Shown here one piece after another: positions 32,831 to 41,222 of a stretch of DNA of 50,508 bases (the stretch's first letter is position 1; the number at the start of each line of letters is the position of its first letter). This stretch comes from an uncultured Candidatus Saccharibacteria bacterium (GTDB lineage: Bacteria > Patescibacteriota > Minisyncoccia > Phycocordibacterales > UBA2100). A program made the translations under genes and the position numbers. Location: NCBI GenBank assembly GCA_964584225.1, contig CAZOZG010000004.1:1-50508 (forward strand), given 5' to 3'. Below the pieces are notes generated by a model. The model ran no database searches. It was not told the origin of the DNA and worked only from the letters and a program-made list of their open reading frames with translations.

Positions 32831-33730
32831 ATGGTGACGAAAACAGACGAAACACCACTTACCGAACTTCTTAAACGCGATGTTCGCGAACTGGTGCGCG
32901 ACGGCATGTCAATGGAAGTTATCCGACTGTACCGCCGGAATGGTGTCACGACAATCGGTCAGCTGTACGACAACGTCTTCAACATGACAGGCGGACGGCA
33001 GCCTGAAATCGGCGCCGGTTGCATACAGTCGGCAACAAACGCCCTGCATGCGACAGGATTCACCGATCGCATTGGCCTGAGATGGACCTATGAAGTGGTC
33101 GCCGAAGAGGCAGCGGCGCACGCGAGATCGATGGCAGTGGCGGGCTTCTCACAAACGCTCGACGCAACTATCGCGCAGATCGATGCAAAGCACGCCGACG
33201 AAATCACTGCGGCGAGAAATGAGGGCAACCTTCGTCTCGAGAACTTGCGCTCGGATTACGAACGTTATATCGGCTGTGCAGTAGAAGCTGTGAAATCGAG
33301 TCTGGCTCGCGTGGGAGTCTTCGATACGCAACGCGAAGCCAGTTGGCTCACTGCGCATAAACTGAGTGAAGCATTCGCTTTTCCTGACAGGGAGCTCGCG
33401 TACGTTGATATTGACGGTGAACTCCATGTCGAAGACAAGCATCTCGGGCTGGTACGAACTGCAGCACATGTCAGAATCAAGTCGCGGGAGTTTGCGTCTG
33501 CGATGAGTGACGTCAGCAGAGCATCTGCTCGGGAGGGAGATCTCATCATTGGTAGAAGTAATGAAATCGATCTGAGTGCTGTGCGCGCTCCGAACAGTAG
33601 AGTGGCGATTGCGTTTGAGCTCAATGAAGCGCACCACCTCTTGATGCGAGTGCGTTTCCTTCAAACTGACGATCTCATCGATCGCGACTTCGAGCTCTGG
33701 AGAAATAATGTCATCTCCAGGTCGGAGTGA
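32831..33730 (+). CDS. Hypothetical protein (299 aa) with a possible N-terminal helix-hairpin-helix
   Basis: A strong SD precedes it and a perfect terminator follows. MEVIRLYRRNGVTTIGQLYD resembles an RpoA-CTD-type HhH. The rest is unrecognised. Confidence 0.7.
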   Translation: MVTKTDETPLTELLKRDVRELVRDGMSMEVIRLYRRNGVTTIGQLYDNVFNMTGGRQPEIGAGCIQSATNALHATGFTDRIGLRWTYEVVAEEAAAHARSMAVAGFSQTLDATIAQIDAKHADEITAARNEGNLRLENLRSDYERYIGCAVEAVKSSLARVGVFDTQREASWLTAHKLSEAFAFPDRELAYVDIDGELHVEDKHLGLVRTAAHVRIKSREFASAMSDVSRASAREGDLIIGRSNEIDLSAVRAPNSRVAIAFELNEAHHLLMRVRFLQTDDLIDRDFELWRNNVISRSE

Positions 33731-33755
33731 TCCGTTGTTTCTTCTAATCCCAAAA

Positions 33756-33792
33756 GCGCCGCGCGGATACATCCGCGCGGCGCATCTTTTTT
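33756..33792 (+). terminator. Rho-independent terminator
   Basis: GCGCCGCGCGGA-taca-TCCGCGCGGCGC (12 bp, perfect) followed by ATCTTTTTT. Confidence 0.9.
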
Positions 33793-33797
33793 ACTGG

Positions 33798-33806
33798 TGC
33801 TATACT
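33798..33806 (+). promoter_or_regulatory. Extended -10 box TGCTATACT, 6 nt upstream of the ATG at 33813
   Basis: TGCTATACT-cgagcc-ATG. Confidence 0.6.
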
Positions 33807-33812
33807 CGAGCC

Positions 33813-34904
33813 ATGTTGCGGACGCCGTTTTTTGATCCAACGAAGTCCTACTACGAAAACTGGGAGCAAGGGCCGTTTGGAGATTTCACCGATGGCGTCG
33901 ATATCGAACGCGGAGAGCCGCGCTTCGAGTACCTCGGTTACAAATTGAGTTACCCGCTCGGAATCGCTGCAGGGCCGCTTTTAAATGCAAAGTTCGTCCG
34001 CGCCGCACTCGAAAAAGGATACGACGTCCCCGTATATAAAACAGTCCGCTCGCGAAAGAAGGAATCTAATGAGTGGCCCAATGTCTTGCCTGTTGCAGTC
34101 GAAGGATCGCTCACGCTTCAGGAAGCCGCAAAAGGCCTCACAATCAAAAAAGACTACACTGAACCGCTCGCTATTACGAATTCGTTCGGAAACCCCTCGT
34201 ATCCCGTCGATGTCTGGCAGCGAGACATCAAGGAGTTGATGGTATTCGCGAAAAATCGACCCGGGCAAATTGTCTGCGGCATGATCGAGGGGACACGCTG
34301 GGCCGAAGGTGCGAGCGAAGCTGATTTTATCGCCGATTGGGTACTGACGGCGAGATTGATGAAAGAAACGGGCGTGCATGTGATCGAGGCGAATTTTAGC
34401 TGCCCGAACGAAGGCAATCTCGTGAAGCGCTTGCTGTGTTACGACGCACAAATGAGCGCACAGATCGCCGCGGCGATCAAAAAAGAAATCGGCGCACTTC
34501 CGCTCGTGATTAAAATTTCATACTTCGAAAGTGCAGATGAACTTCGTGACGTTGTGCAAAAGGTGGGGCCGCACGTCCAGGGGATTGCCGCAATCAATAC
34601 GATTCCTGCCGCGGTCTATAAAGAGGACGGCACGCAGGCGCTGCCTGGCGGCCCGTGGCGACTCAAGAGCGGCATATGCGGATTTCCCATCAAGTGGGCT
34701 GGCATCGACATGGTGAAGCGGTTGAAGAGTCTTCGCGAAGAACTCGGCATGGAGTTCGACATCGTGGGCGTCGGAGGCGTCACAGTGCCTGCGGATTTCA
34801 AGGAGTACCGCGATGCAGGCGCTGACGTCGTCATGAGCGCGACCGGTGCAATGTGGAACCCGTATCTCGCCAAAGAAATCAAAGCAGCGTACCCCGATGC
34901 GTGA
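33813..34904 (+). CDS. Dihydroorotate dehydrogenase-family (class 1-like) flavoenzyme
   Basis: LGIAAGPLLNAKF..., IEANFSCPN, PLVIKISYF, IAAINTI, GICGFPIKWAGIDMV, IVGVGGV: TIM-barrel DHOD/DHPD signatures. Confidence 0.8.
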   Translation: MLRTPFFDPTKSYYENWEQGPFGDFTDGVDIERGEPRFEYLGYKLSYPLGIAAGPLLNAKFVRAALEKGYDVPVYKTVRSRKKESNEWPNVLPVAVEGSLTLQEAAKGLTIKKDYTEPLAITNSFGNPSYPVDVWQRDIKELMVFAKNRPGQIVCGMIEGTRWAEGASEADFIADWVLTARLMKETGVHVIEANFSCPNEGNLVKRLLCYDAQMSAQIAAAIKKEIGALPLVIKISYFESADELRDVVQKVGPHVQGIAAINTIPAAVYKEDGTQALPGGPWRLKSGICGFPIKWAGIDMVKRLKSLREELGMEFDIVGVGGVTVPADFKEYRDAGADVVMSATGAMWNPYLAKEIKAAYPDA

Positions 34905-35484
34905 TATGAGTAGGGCGCGAAAAGCAATTCCAGATGGCGCAAAGATGGTTTTCAAAGGAAAGATTTTCGAAGTGTGGCAGTGGGAGCAGGTCATGTACGA
35001 CGGAAGCACGGCGACCTTCGAGCGCCTGAAGAGACCCAACACGGCGCAGGTCATCGCGACCGTGGGTGACAAAATTCTTATGATGACGCAAGAACAGCCC
35101 GACGGCGTCGCTCCGTTTCTCTCAGTCCCAGGCGGCCGCTGCGACAAAGGAGAGGAGCCGCTCGAGTCTGCGAAGCGCGAATTACTCGAAGAAACGGGCT
35201 ATGTCTCCAACGATTGGCAGTTGTGGCTTGAGAACAATCCGGTCGGGAAAATGGAATGGACCGTGTACACATTCATTGCGCGCAATTGCAGCAAGGAAAA
35301 AGAACCGCACCTCGACGCCGGTGAGAAAATAACTTCAAAATTGGTAAGCTTTGATGAGTTTGTCGCGGTTTCAGAAGATCCTGACTTTTATGATCGTGAA
35401 ATTGTGGATCCGCTCCTGCGCATGCGACTTGATCCAAACAAACTCGCAGAATTTAAGAAACGTCTTTGGAAGAATACAAAATGA
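34897..35484 (+). CDS. NUDIX hydrolase
   Basis: Nudix box GGRCDKGEEPLESAKRELLEETGY. The ATG overlaps the upstream stop (ATGCGTGA). Confidence 0.88.
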   Translation: MRDMSRARKAIPDGAKMVFKGKIFEVWQWEQVMYDGSTATFERLKRPNTAQVIATVGDKILMMTQEQPDGVAPFLSVPGGRCDKGEEPLESAKRELLEETGYVSNDWQLWLENNPVGKMEWTVYTFIARNCSKEKEPHLDAGEKITSKLVSFDEFVAVSEDPDFYDREIVDPLLRMRLDPNKLAEFKKRLWKNTK

Positions 35485-35509
35485 ATCGCCGGAGACAGAC
35501 TCCGGCGAT
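35485..35509. terminator. Hairpin between convergent genes
   Basis: ATCGCCGGAG-acaga-CTCCGGCGAT (10 bp, perfect). Confidence 0.7.
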
Positions 35510-35525
35510 ATGTTTGGAATTCGCT

Positions 35526-36209
35526 TTACAATTTGAGACCAGTGATCAGTCCGACGCGAGAACCTTTGTCCCGACGACCGGTGCGGCCCGGAACATCAAG
35601 AATGATGATGCCTTGATTTGATACCCAACCAGCGCAGATCTGTCTGCCACTCAATGCAACCGAGCTAGTCAGCGTGTACATTCGAGTTAGAAGATGTGCA
35701 CGTCTCAGGACCTGAAATGCGTTGGCCGCCCAAACCACTTCTGCGACATTGAGTACACGCTCAGACGGAGGCACGTAGAATTGCATCTCCTCCCACTCTT
35801 TCTCAACCGTACCGGGAATTATTTTCTTTCTCAAAGCCAGCCATCCGGTCGTCACAATATCTTGGCGTGAGAATTTCTCTTCTCCGCGGACATCGTAGTT
35901 CTCGCGGTACCATCCCGGCAGCCTTCCTCTTTTCTCGCGCTTCTTGCCGAGATTTCCGCCGCGGTTCACGTAGAAGAATTCTTGACGCAAGTCTTCTATG
36001 CGGAGTAGGTTCATTGGCGTCGGTGGCCCGGGTACGAGCGCAAATCCATTCAGTTGCATCCAGGTTAGTAGTGGATCTGTGGGAACAGTTTGTGTAAACG
36101 CCGCAATCTGATTCTCATCGTATGCACTTCCAAACGCTTTCTCCATTTCGACGGGTGAAATCATATCCTCACCCAAGACAGAATGTGCCTTCTTCAATGG
36201 ATTCATCAC
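35526..36209 (-). CDS. Hypothetical protein (227 aa)
   Basis: Clean ORF in a gap with no competing frame. I do not recognise a family. Confidence 0.6.
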   Translation of the reverse strand: MMNPLKKAHSVLGEDMISPVEMEKAFGSAYDENQIAAFTQTVPTDPLLTWMQLNGFALVPGPPTPMNLLRIEDLRQEFFYVNRGGNLGKKREKRGRLPGWYRENYDVRGEEKFSRQDIVTTGWLALRKKIIPGTVEKEWEEMQFYVPPSERVLNVAEVVWAANAFQVLRRAHLLTRMYTLTSSVALSGRQICAGWVSNQGIIILDVPGRTGRRDKGSRVGLITGLKL

Positions 36210-36347
36210 GAGTTACTCCCATTTCTTTATTGCTCGATGGATTTTGACTAGCAATAGTAATACAATGAAAATGAATCAAACGCAAACGGACGGAGCTCTT
36301 CATTGCTCCTTCGGTAATGGTTGTGATACAGTGCCGTCACTACAAAT

Positions 36348-38168
36348 ATGTGCGGCATATTCGCGTATACGGGCGAAAGTGAGGCGGGACCGATTCTTTT
36401 GGAAGGCCTCACCTCACTCGAATATCGCGGATACGATTCAGCCGGTATCTACCTTGCGCAGTCGGGTGGTGTGAAAACCCCGGGCGCTGTGACTGAGTTG
36501 AGAGCGAGAATCCCAGCGCATTTCAACGGCAAGAGTGGTATTGCACATTTGCGATGGGCGACGCACGGCGAACCGACCGAAGAGAACGCTCACCCACACA
36601 AAGATTGCTCGGGAGATGTATGGGTCGTCCACAACGGAATCGTCGAGAATTATCGCGAATTGAAAGAAAAACTCATCGGCCTCGGCCACTCGTTTGCCTC
36701 TGAAACCGACACGGAAGTCATCGCGCATCTCGTGGAAGAACAGCTCAAAAAAGAAAAGAATTTCGAGAAGGCAGTTCTGGCCGCGCTCAACATGATCAAA
36801 GGGACCTATGGTCTCGCAATCCAGCATAAGAAAGAGCCAGAAGTCATCATCGGCGCTCGCATGGGTGCGCCGGTCGTGATCGGTCTCGGTAAAGGAGAGA
36901 ATTTCATTGCATCAGATCCGTCGCCGATTTTGAAACACACGCGCACGATCGTTTTTCTCGAGGACGGGGAAATGGCTGTTATCCGCCCTTTTGCGTACAA
37001 GATTCACAAGCTCGGCGGCGCGGTCGTCGACAGAAAGCCAGAGGAAGTTGACTGGACCGCAGAGGAAGCTCAGAAAGGCGGCTACGAACACTTCATGCTC
37101 AAAGAAATAATGGATGAGCCAGAAGCGGTGAGCGACACGCTGCGCGGACGACTCTTGGAGAAAGAGGGGAACGTCAAACTCGGAGGCCTCGAGCGTGTCA
37201 AAGACACATTGAAAGATATCAAACGCATTATGCTCGTTGCCTGTGGCACTGCTTCGTACGCGGCGTTGGCCGGCAAATACATGCTCGAAGAATATGCCGG
37301 TATTCCTGTCGAAGTCGATATTGGCTCTGAATTTCGCTATCGCAAACCGATTATCGATGAGCGCACAGCAGTCATTGCCGTGTCGCAATCGGGTGAGACA
37401 GCGGATACGCTCGAGGCAATTCGTGAAGGCAAACGCCAAGGCGCACTCACACTCGGGATCGTGAATGCTGTCGGCTCTACAATCGCTCGTGAGACAGATG
37501 CCGGAGTGTACCTCCACGCAGGCCCAGAAATCAGCGTCGCATCGACGAAGGCGTACCTTTCGCAGCTCACAGCGCTCGCGCTTCTTACCGTGTATTTTGG
37601 TCGCGCCCGTGGCATGTCGAAATCCGACGGACAGGAAATTGTGCGACAGCTCGCCGCGTTGCCCGCAAAGATTCAAAAGGTACTGGATGCGCGCGAATCG
37701 ATTGAGGAGCTCGCAAAAAGATACGCTGACAACCGTGACTTTCTTTTCATCGGCCGCAAATATAATTTTGGAACGGCTTTCGAGGGAGCACTGAAGCTGA
37801 AAGAGACAACGTACATTCACGCTGAAGCGTGCGGTGCAGGAGAAATGAAACATGGACACCTGGCGATGATTGACGACAAATTCCCTACAGTCGCGATTGC
37901 GACCTCGGACAGCGTATACGAAAAAATGATTTCGAATATCCAGGAGATTCGTGCGCGCAAAGGTCCCGTCATCGCTGTTGTTACAGAAGGCAACACAGAT
38001 ATCAAGAATCTCGTCACCGATGTCGTCCATGTGCCTGAAACCATTGATATTCTTTCGCCGATTTTGAATGTGGTGCCGCTCCACCTCTTCGCATACTACT
38101 TCGCCAAAGAAAAAGGTCTCAATGTCGACCGCCCGCGTAATCTTGCGAAATCAGTTACCGTTGAATAA
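36348..38168 (+). CDS. glmS: Glutamine--fructose-6-phosphate aminotransferase
   Basis: N-terminal nucleophile MCGIFAY, two SIS domains, and a ...SVTVE C-terminus over 606 aa. Confidence 0.97.
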   Translation: MCGIFAYTGESEAGPILLEGLTSLEYRGYDSAGIYLAQSGGVKTPGAVTELRARIPAHFNGKSGIAHLRWATHGEPTEENAHPHKDCSGDVWVVHNGIVENYRELKEKLIGLGHSFASETDTEVIAHLVEEQLKKEKNFEKAVLAALNMIKGTYGLAIQHKKEPEVIIGARMGAPVVIGLGKGENFIASDPSPILKHTRTIVFLEDGEMAVIRPFAYKIHKLGGAVVDRKPEEVDWTAEEAQKGGYEHFMLKEIMDEPEAVSDTLRGRLLEKEGNVKLGGLERVKDTLKDIKRIMLVACGTASYAALAGKYMLEEYAGIPVEVDIGSEFRYRKPIIDERTAVIAVSQSGETADTLEAIREGKRQGALTLGIVNAVGSTIARETDAGVYLHAGPEISVASTKAYLSQLTALALLTVYFGRARGMSKSDGQEIVRQLAALPAKIQKVLDARESIEELAKRYADNRDFLFIGRKYNFGTAFEGALKLKETTYIHAEACGAGEMKHGHLAMIDDKFPTVAIATSDSVYEKMISNIQEIRARKGPVIAVVTEGNTDIKNLVTDVVHVPETIDILSPILNVVPLHLFAYYFAKEKGLNVDRPRNLAKSVTVE

Positions 38169-38173
38169 AAGAA

Positions 38174-38201
38174 AACGGATCCCGACGAGGTGGGATCCGT
38201 T
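38174..38201. terminator. Bidirectional hairpin terminator
   Basis: AACGGATCCC-gacgaggt-GGGATCCGTT. An A-run on the plus-strand 5' side gives a U-tract for the minus-strand aroQ transcript. Confidence 0.75.
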
Positions 38202-38218
38202 CGCAAATTCGCTGCGGA

Positions 38219-38707
38219 TCAACATTCGCCACGAATACGTCCGACTACATGTCGGAGTCCATCTTCGTAGCTTTTGATACTGCCGCCCATTATTTTCCGA
38301 ATGCAGGCCGGTTCCGTGACGGATATGCGCCGCCACTTTTCTCCACGTTTCGAGATATCTGAAAGATGTACTTCGACGACGGGCGCGCTGATTGCCTTGA
38401 TTGCGTCATATAGCGCGTAGCTGTAGTGAGTATACGCCCCGGGATTGAACACAACGCCGTGTTGCACATGCTCGGTGTCGTGCAGCTTATCGATGAGCAT
38501 GCCCTCGTGGTTCGAATCGAAGCACGTGACGGATACTCTCAATTCGCTTGCCAGCTGGCGCATACGATTGTTGATATCGTGAAGCGTCAGGGTGCCGTAG
38601 ATCTCAGGTTGTCGTGTCCCGAGCATGTTCAAGTTGACTCCGTGGAGCACGAGAACGTGTATTGGATCTGGAGTGTCGCTCGCAAGAGCCGCTTCGATTA
38701 AAGCCAT
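38219..38707 (-). CDS. aroQ: Type II 3-dehydroquinate dehydratase
   Basis: VLVLHGVNLNMLGTRQPEIYG...SNHEG.LID.LH...GVVFNPGAYTHYSYAL.DAI. The track start at 38779 is a TTG, so I prefer the ATG at 38707. Confidence 0.9.
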   Translation of the reverse strand: MALIEAALASDTPDPIHVLVLHGVNLNMLGTRQPEIYGTLTLHDINNRMRQLASELRVSVTCFDSNHEGMLIDKLHDTEHVQHGVVFNPGAYTHYSYALYDAIKAISAPVVEVHLSDISKRGEKWRRISVTEPACIRKIMGGSIKSYEDGLRHVVGRIRGEC

Positions 38708-38829
38708 GATCTGGACTCCATGAATGAGGAACAATTTCTTACCCGCGGGCACTATATAGGTATCATCTTTTCTCGACAAGCGCCGAAGGAATGTTCATCT
38801 CTCGTTCACGCAGATTTTGCGATACTAGG

Positions 38830-38989
38830 GGTCGCACTCTTCGGTAATCAAAACGACAAAAAGACGGACCCACGGCGGACCTGTACTTTTAGAGAGTAGT
38901 GAAGCGCCCCTCATCTACAGAGGGAATCACGTGCCCGACACCACCTCATAACTACAAAAGGTGTCGGGCACAATTCTTTTCTCTGTGTT
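38830..38989 (+). ncRNA. Candidate small structured RNA (promoter-to-terminator unit with no ORF)
   Basis: The TGcGATACT box at 38818-38826 resembles the window's other -10 boxes. A possible closing helix pairs GGGGTCGCACTCT (38828-38840) with AGAGT..GCGCCCC (38893-38910). A 12-bp perfect hairpin, GTGCCCGACACC...GGTGTCGGGCAC (38931-38971), is followed by AATTCTTTTCTCT. No ATG-initiated ORF was found in the segment. Confidence 0.3.
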
Positions 38990-39866
38990 ACCAATTCTGC
39001 GGACCACCATTCATCCCCGGACCGCCTTGCGGACCATACATGGTCGGCATCATGCCTTTGGGACCATTGCTGTGATCATCACCCCCCATCATCGGCGGAG
39101 GCGGCAATACTGTTCCGGCCATGACGATAACTGCGTTGATGCTACCATCTGCGTTCTGCTGACCTTTTGCGCCCGCTTTGAGTCCGACCGTGAGGTTACT
39201 GATCGTACCTGTTGTCGGCGGCGTACCCGTCGCGGTAAAGATTTGAATGGTAGTCGAAGCGCTGATATCAACGACAACCGATTTGCCGTCATTGTTTTGA
39301 ATCGTGATACTCGAGCCACCGTTTGCAGTAATTGTGCCCGTCACGCCTGCGCGCTCGCGGTCATCGTTCATGCCGCCATTCATACCGCCGCCGAGTCCAT
39401 TGCCGCAGCGACGCTCAAAGAATCCGCGCGTCAGCGGTCCCACTGATCCCGTCGTCGTCGACGCGATGCCGTTGTGCATTTGGAACATCATCATCGCGTG
39501 AGCTGTGAGTGGACCAAAGAATCCGGTCGCCGAGCCATGGAAATCATTCTCCGGATCCTCGCCGAGCATCTGCTGCAAACCCTTTACGTCGTCGCCTTGT
39601 GAGCCGACACCAAGATTGCGACTCAGTGTAATGCATGCCATTTTGCCCATCTGACCCGGAGGTGTGGTCGAACCCATCATCCATCCGTGATCATCGCCCG
39701 TGCTCGATGCGTGAGCCGACATCACGAGCGTTTTCAATTGCTGCTGCAGCGCCTGGATTTGCTGCAAGAGCGACTGAATCTGACTTGAGACGTCAGTCGT
39801 TTGTGCGAGCGCAAGAGCGGGGAAGAGTCCGGCCACCAGTGCACCAGCGATTACCTTTTTATTCAT
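38988..39866 (-). CDS. Secreted protein with a PG-binding-like domain and Gly/Met/Pro-rich segments
   Basis: Signal MNKKVIAGALVAGLFPALALA. GDDVKGLQQMLGEDPE..FHGSATGFFGPLTAHAMMMFQMHNGI resembles PG_binding_1. The C-terminus is PPPPMMGGDDH...GPQGGPGMNGGPQNW. Confidence 0.75.
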   Translation of the reverse strand: MNKKVIAGALVAGLFPALALAQTTDVSSQIQSLLQQIQALQQQLKTLVMSAHASSTGDDHGWMMGSTTPPGQMGKMACITLSRNLGVGSQGDDVKGLQQMLGEDPENDFHGSATGFFGPLTAHAMMMFQMHNGIASTTTGSVGPLTRGFFERRCGNGLGGGMNGGMNDDRERAGVTGTITANGGSSITIQNNDGKSVVVDISASTTIQIFTATGTPPTTGTISNLTVGLKAGAKGQQNADGSINAVIVMAGTVLPPPPMMGGDDHSNGPKGMMPTMYGPQGGPGMNGGPQNW

Positions 39867-39895
39867 GTAGAAATTGCTAATTAATAAGCCGTTAC

Positions 39896-39904
39896 AGTAT
39901 ACCA
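39896..39904 (-). promoter_or_regulatory. Extended -10 box TGGTATACT (minus strand), 29 nt upstream of the ATG at 39866
   Basis: The reverse complement of AGTATACCA is TGGTATACT. Confidence 0.5.
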
Positions 39905-39946
39905 GACGCGGACTGCCGCGTTTTATTACAGGTGTATTACCGTGTA

Positions 39947-41014
39947 TTACAGCTTCACAATCTCCTCCCAGGAGCGACCAGCGACGCCGAAGTGGCCGTA
40001 CGCTGCAGTCTCGCGGAAAATCGGACGACGCAGCTCAAGGCGCTCGATGATCGCGCGCGGACGGAAGTCGAAATGTTTCTCGACGATGCTGGTGAGGTTT
40101 TTGCCTTTTTCGTTGAAGGCTTCCACCATCACCGGCTCGACGCGACCGATCGCATAGGCGACGGAAACGAGCACTTTTTTGCCGTAGCCATTGGCGACCA
40201 GATTTTTCGCGACGAAACGACACATATATGCCGCCGATCGGTCCACCTTGGTCGAGTCTTTGCCTGAGAAAGCGCCGCCGCCGTGCGGCATGAGGCCGCC
40301 ATACGTGTCCACCATGATTTTGCGACCAGTAAGACCTGCGTCGGCCGTGAAGCCGCCGATTTCGAATTTACCGGTCGGGTTGACGAGGATTTCGACTCCT
40401 TTCACCGAGCCCAAGACTGGTGTGAAAAGGTGCTTGATCAGATCTGTGCGAATTTGTTCTTGCGATACTTTTTTGTCGTGTTGCGTCGAGGTGAGTGCGG
40501 TAATGACTTTCGGCTTTTTGGACGCACCATTTTCTATGGTCACTTGCGTCTTGCCGTCCGGCTTGATCCAGGTGAGCGTGCCGTCGCGGCGCAGTTTCTC
40601 GAGTCGACGCGCCAAAGCGTGCGAAAGCACCACGCCGAGCGGTAACATTTCTTTGGTCTCGTCGCTCGCATAGCCGTACATGATTCCCTGATCGCCCGCG
40701 CCGCCAGTATCCACGCCTTGCGCGATGTCGTTGGACTGCCGCGCGACCGTGTTTAAAATCTTGAGTTTCTCCGTGTAGCCGATTGATTTATAGACGTCGG
40801 CTGCAATTTTAGTCATGTCGACCTTTGCGTTGGTCGTAACTTCACCGCCGATCATCAACGTCCCGTGGCTGCCAAACGTCTCGACAGCGACGCGGCTCTT
40901 CGGATCTTGTTCGAGGCAGGCGTCGAGAATTGCATCTGAGATCTGATCGCACACTTTGTCGGGGTGACCCGAGGTGACGCTTTCGGTCGTATAACGATTG
41001 AGTAAGTGGAACAT
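39947..41014 (-). CDS. metK: S-adenosylmethionine synthetase (short form, 355 aa)
   Basis: MFHLLNRYTTESVTSGHPDKVCDQISDAILDA..., GAGDQGIMYGYA, DAGLTGRKIMVDTYGG, GGGAFSGKD.TKVDRS. The track start at 41263 would run through the riboswitch and was rejected. Confidence 0.95.
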   Translation of the reverse strand: MFHLLNRYTTESVTSGHPDKVCDQISDAILDACLEQDPKSRVAVETFGSHGTLMIGGEVTTNAKVDMTKIAADVYKSIGYTEKLKILNTVARQSNDIAQGVDTGGAGDQGIMYGYASDETKEMLPLGVVLSHALARRLEKLRRDGTLTWIKPDGKTQVTIENGASKKPKVITALTSTQHDKKVSQEQIRTDLIKHLFTPVLGSVKGVEILVNPTGKFEIGGFTADAGLTGRKIMVDTYGGLMPHGGGAFSGKDSTKVDRSAAYMCRFVAKNLVANGYGKKVLVSVAYAIGRVEPVMVEAFNEKGKNLTSIVEKHFDFRPRAIIERLELRRPIFRETAAYGHFGVAGRSWEEIVKL

Positions 41015-41032
41015 GTTATTTTTTCTACTGTT

Positions 41033-41163
41033 TAATAAAAATACTCCCTTACGGGAGCACGTTCGACGTGGTATCGCTCCCTGACGGGTCTTGGAGCACC
41101 GGTTGCTTTTGCAATGGTTGCTGGCAGGTCGTCGGGCAAGGTCCCTCGCTGCACTCTTGATAC
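41033..41163 (-). promoter_or_regulatory. SAM-I (S-box)-like riboswitch aptamer plus terminator in the metK leader
   Basis: Minus strand: GUAUC-AAGAG-UGCAGCGAGGGACCUUGCCCGACGACCUGCCAGCAACC-AUUGCAAAAGCAA-CCGGUGCUCCAAGACCCGUCAGGGAGC-GAUAC. It has P1 GUAUC/GAUAC and the conserved AAGAG, GAGGGA, GCCC, GCAACC and GGUGC blocks. GCUCCC-guaa-GGGAGU-AUUUUUAUU follows at 41033-41058, and GGGAGC on the P1 3' side could pair with GCUCCC as an antiterminator. Confidence 0.8.
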
Positions 41164-41182
41164 GATATTCAGTTGTAGACGC

Positions 41183-41191
41183 ATCGTAGCA
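41183..41191 (-). promoter_or_regulatory. Extended -10 box TGCTACGAT (minus strand) for the metK leader
   Basis: The reverse complement of ATCGTAGCA is TGCTACGAT. It ends ~20 nt upstream of riboswitch P1. Confidence 0.45.
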
Positions 41192-41206
41192 AGCCCCGCG
41201 GGAGTG

Positions 41207-41215
41207 TGCAATACT
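41207..41215 (+). promoter_or_regulatory. Extended -10 box TGCAATACT, 7 nt upstream of the maf ATG
   Basis: TGCAATACT-ctcaaga-ATG(41223). Confidence 0.55.
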
Positions 41216-41222
41216 CTCAAGA

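Noticed and set aside
33149-33772. 207-aa minus-strand ORF opposite the 299-aa hypothetical gene.
   Set aside because: The plus-strand gene has a promoter, a strong SD and a perfect terminator in the right places. The minus-strand ORF would run through that terminator.
36210-36347. Possible glmS ribozyme upstream of glmS, and the overlapping 76-aa ORF at 36244..36474.
   Set aside because: The spacer is only 138 nt and is shared with a divergent gene. I see a TACAAT box and one small hairpin (GGAGC...GCTCC) but none of the conserved glmS ribozyme core. The ORF overlaps the glmS start out of frame.
36912-38084. 390-aa minus-strand ORF.
   Set aside because: It is antisense to glmS, whose identity is unambiguous.
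38500-38525. GGTTCGAATC string resembling a tRNA T-arm.
   Set aside because: It lies inside the aroQ coding region, and no acceptor or anticodon stems can be built around it.
39913-39930. Hairpin ACGCGG-actg-CCGCGT between metK and the next minus-strand gene, as a metK terminator.
   Set aside because: The stem is only 6 bp, and the U-tract is on the plus strand where nothing is transcribed into it. It was left unannotated.
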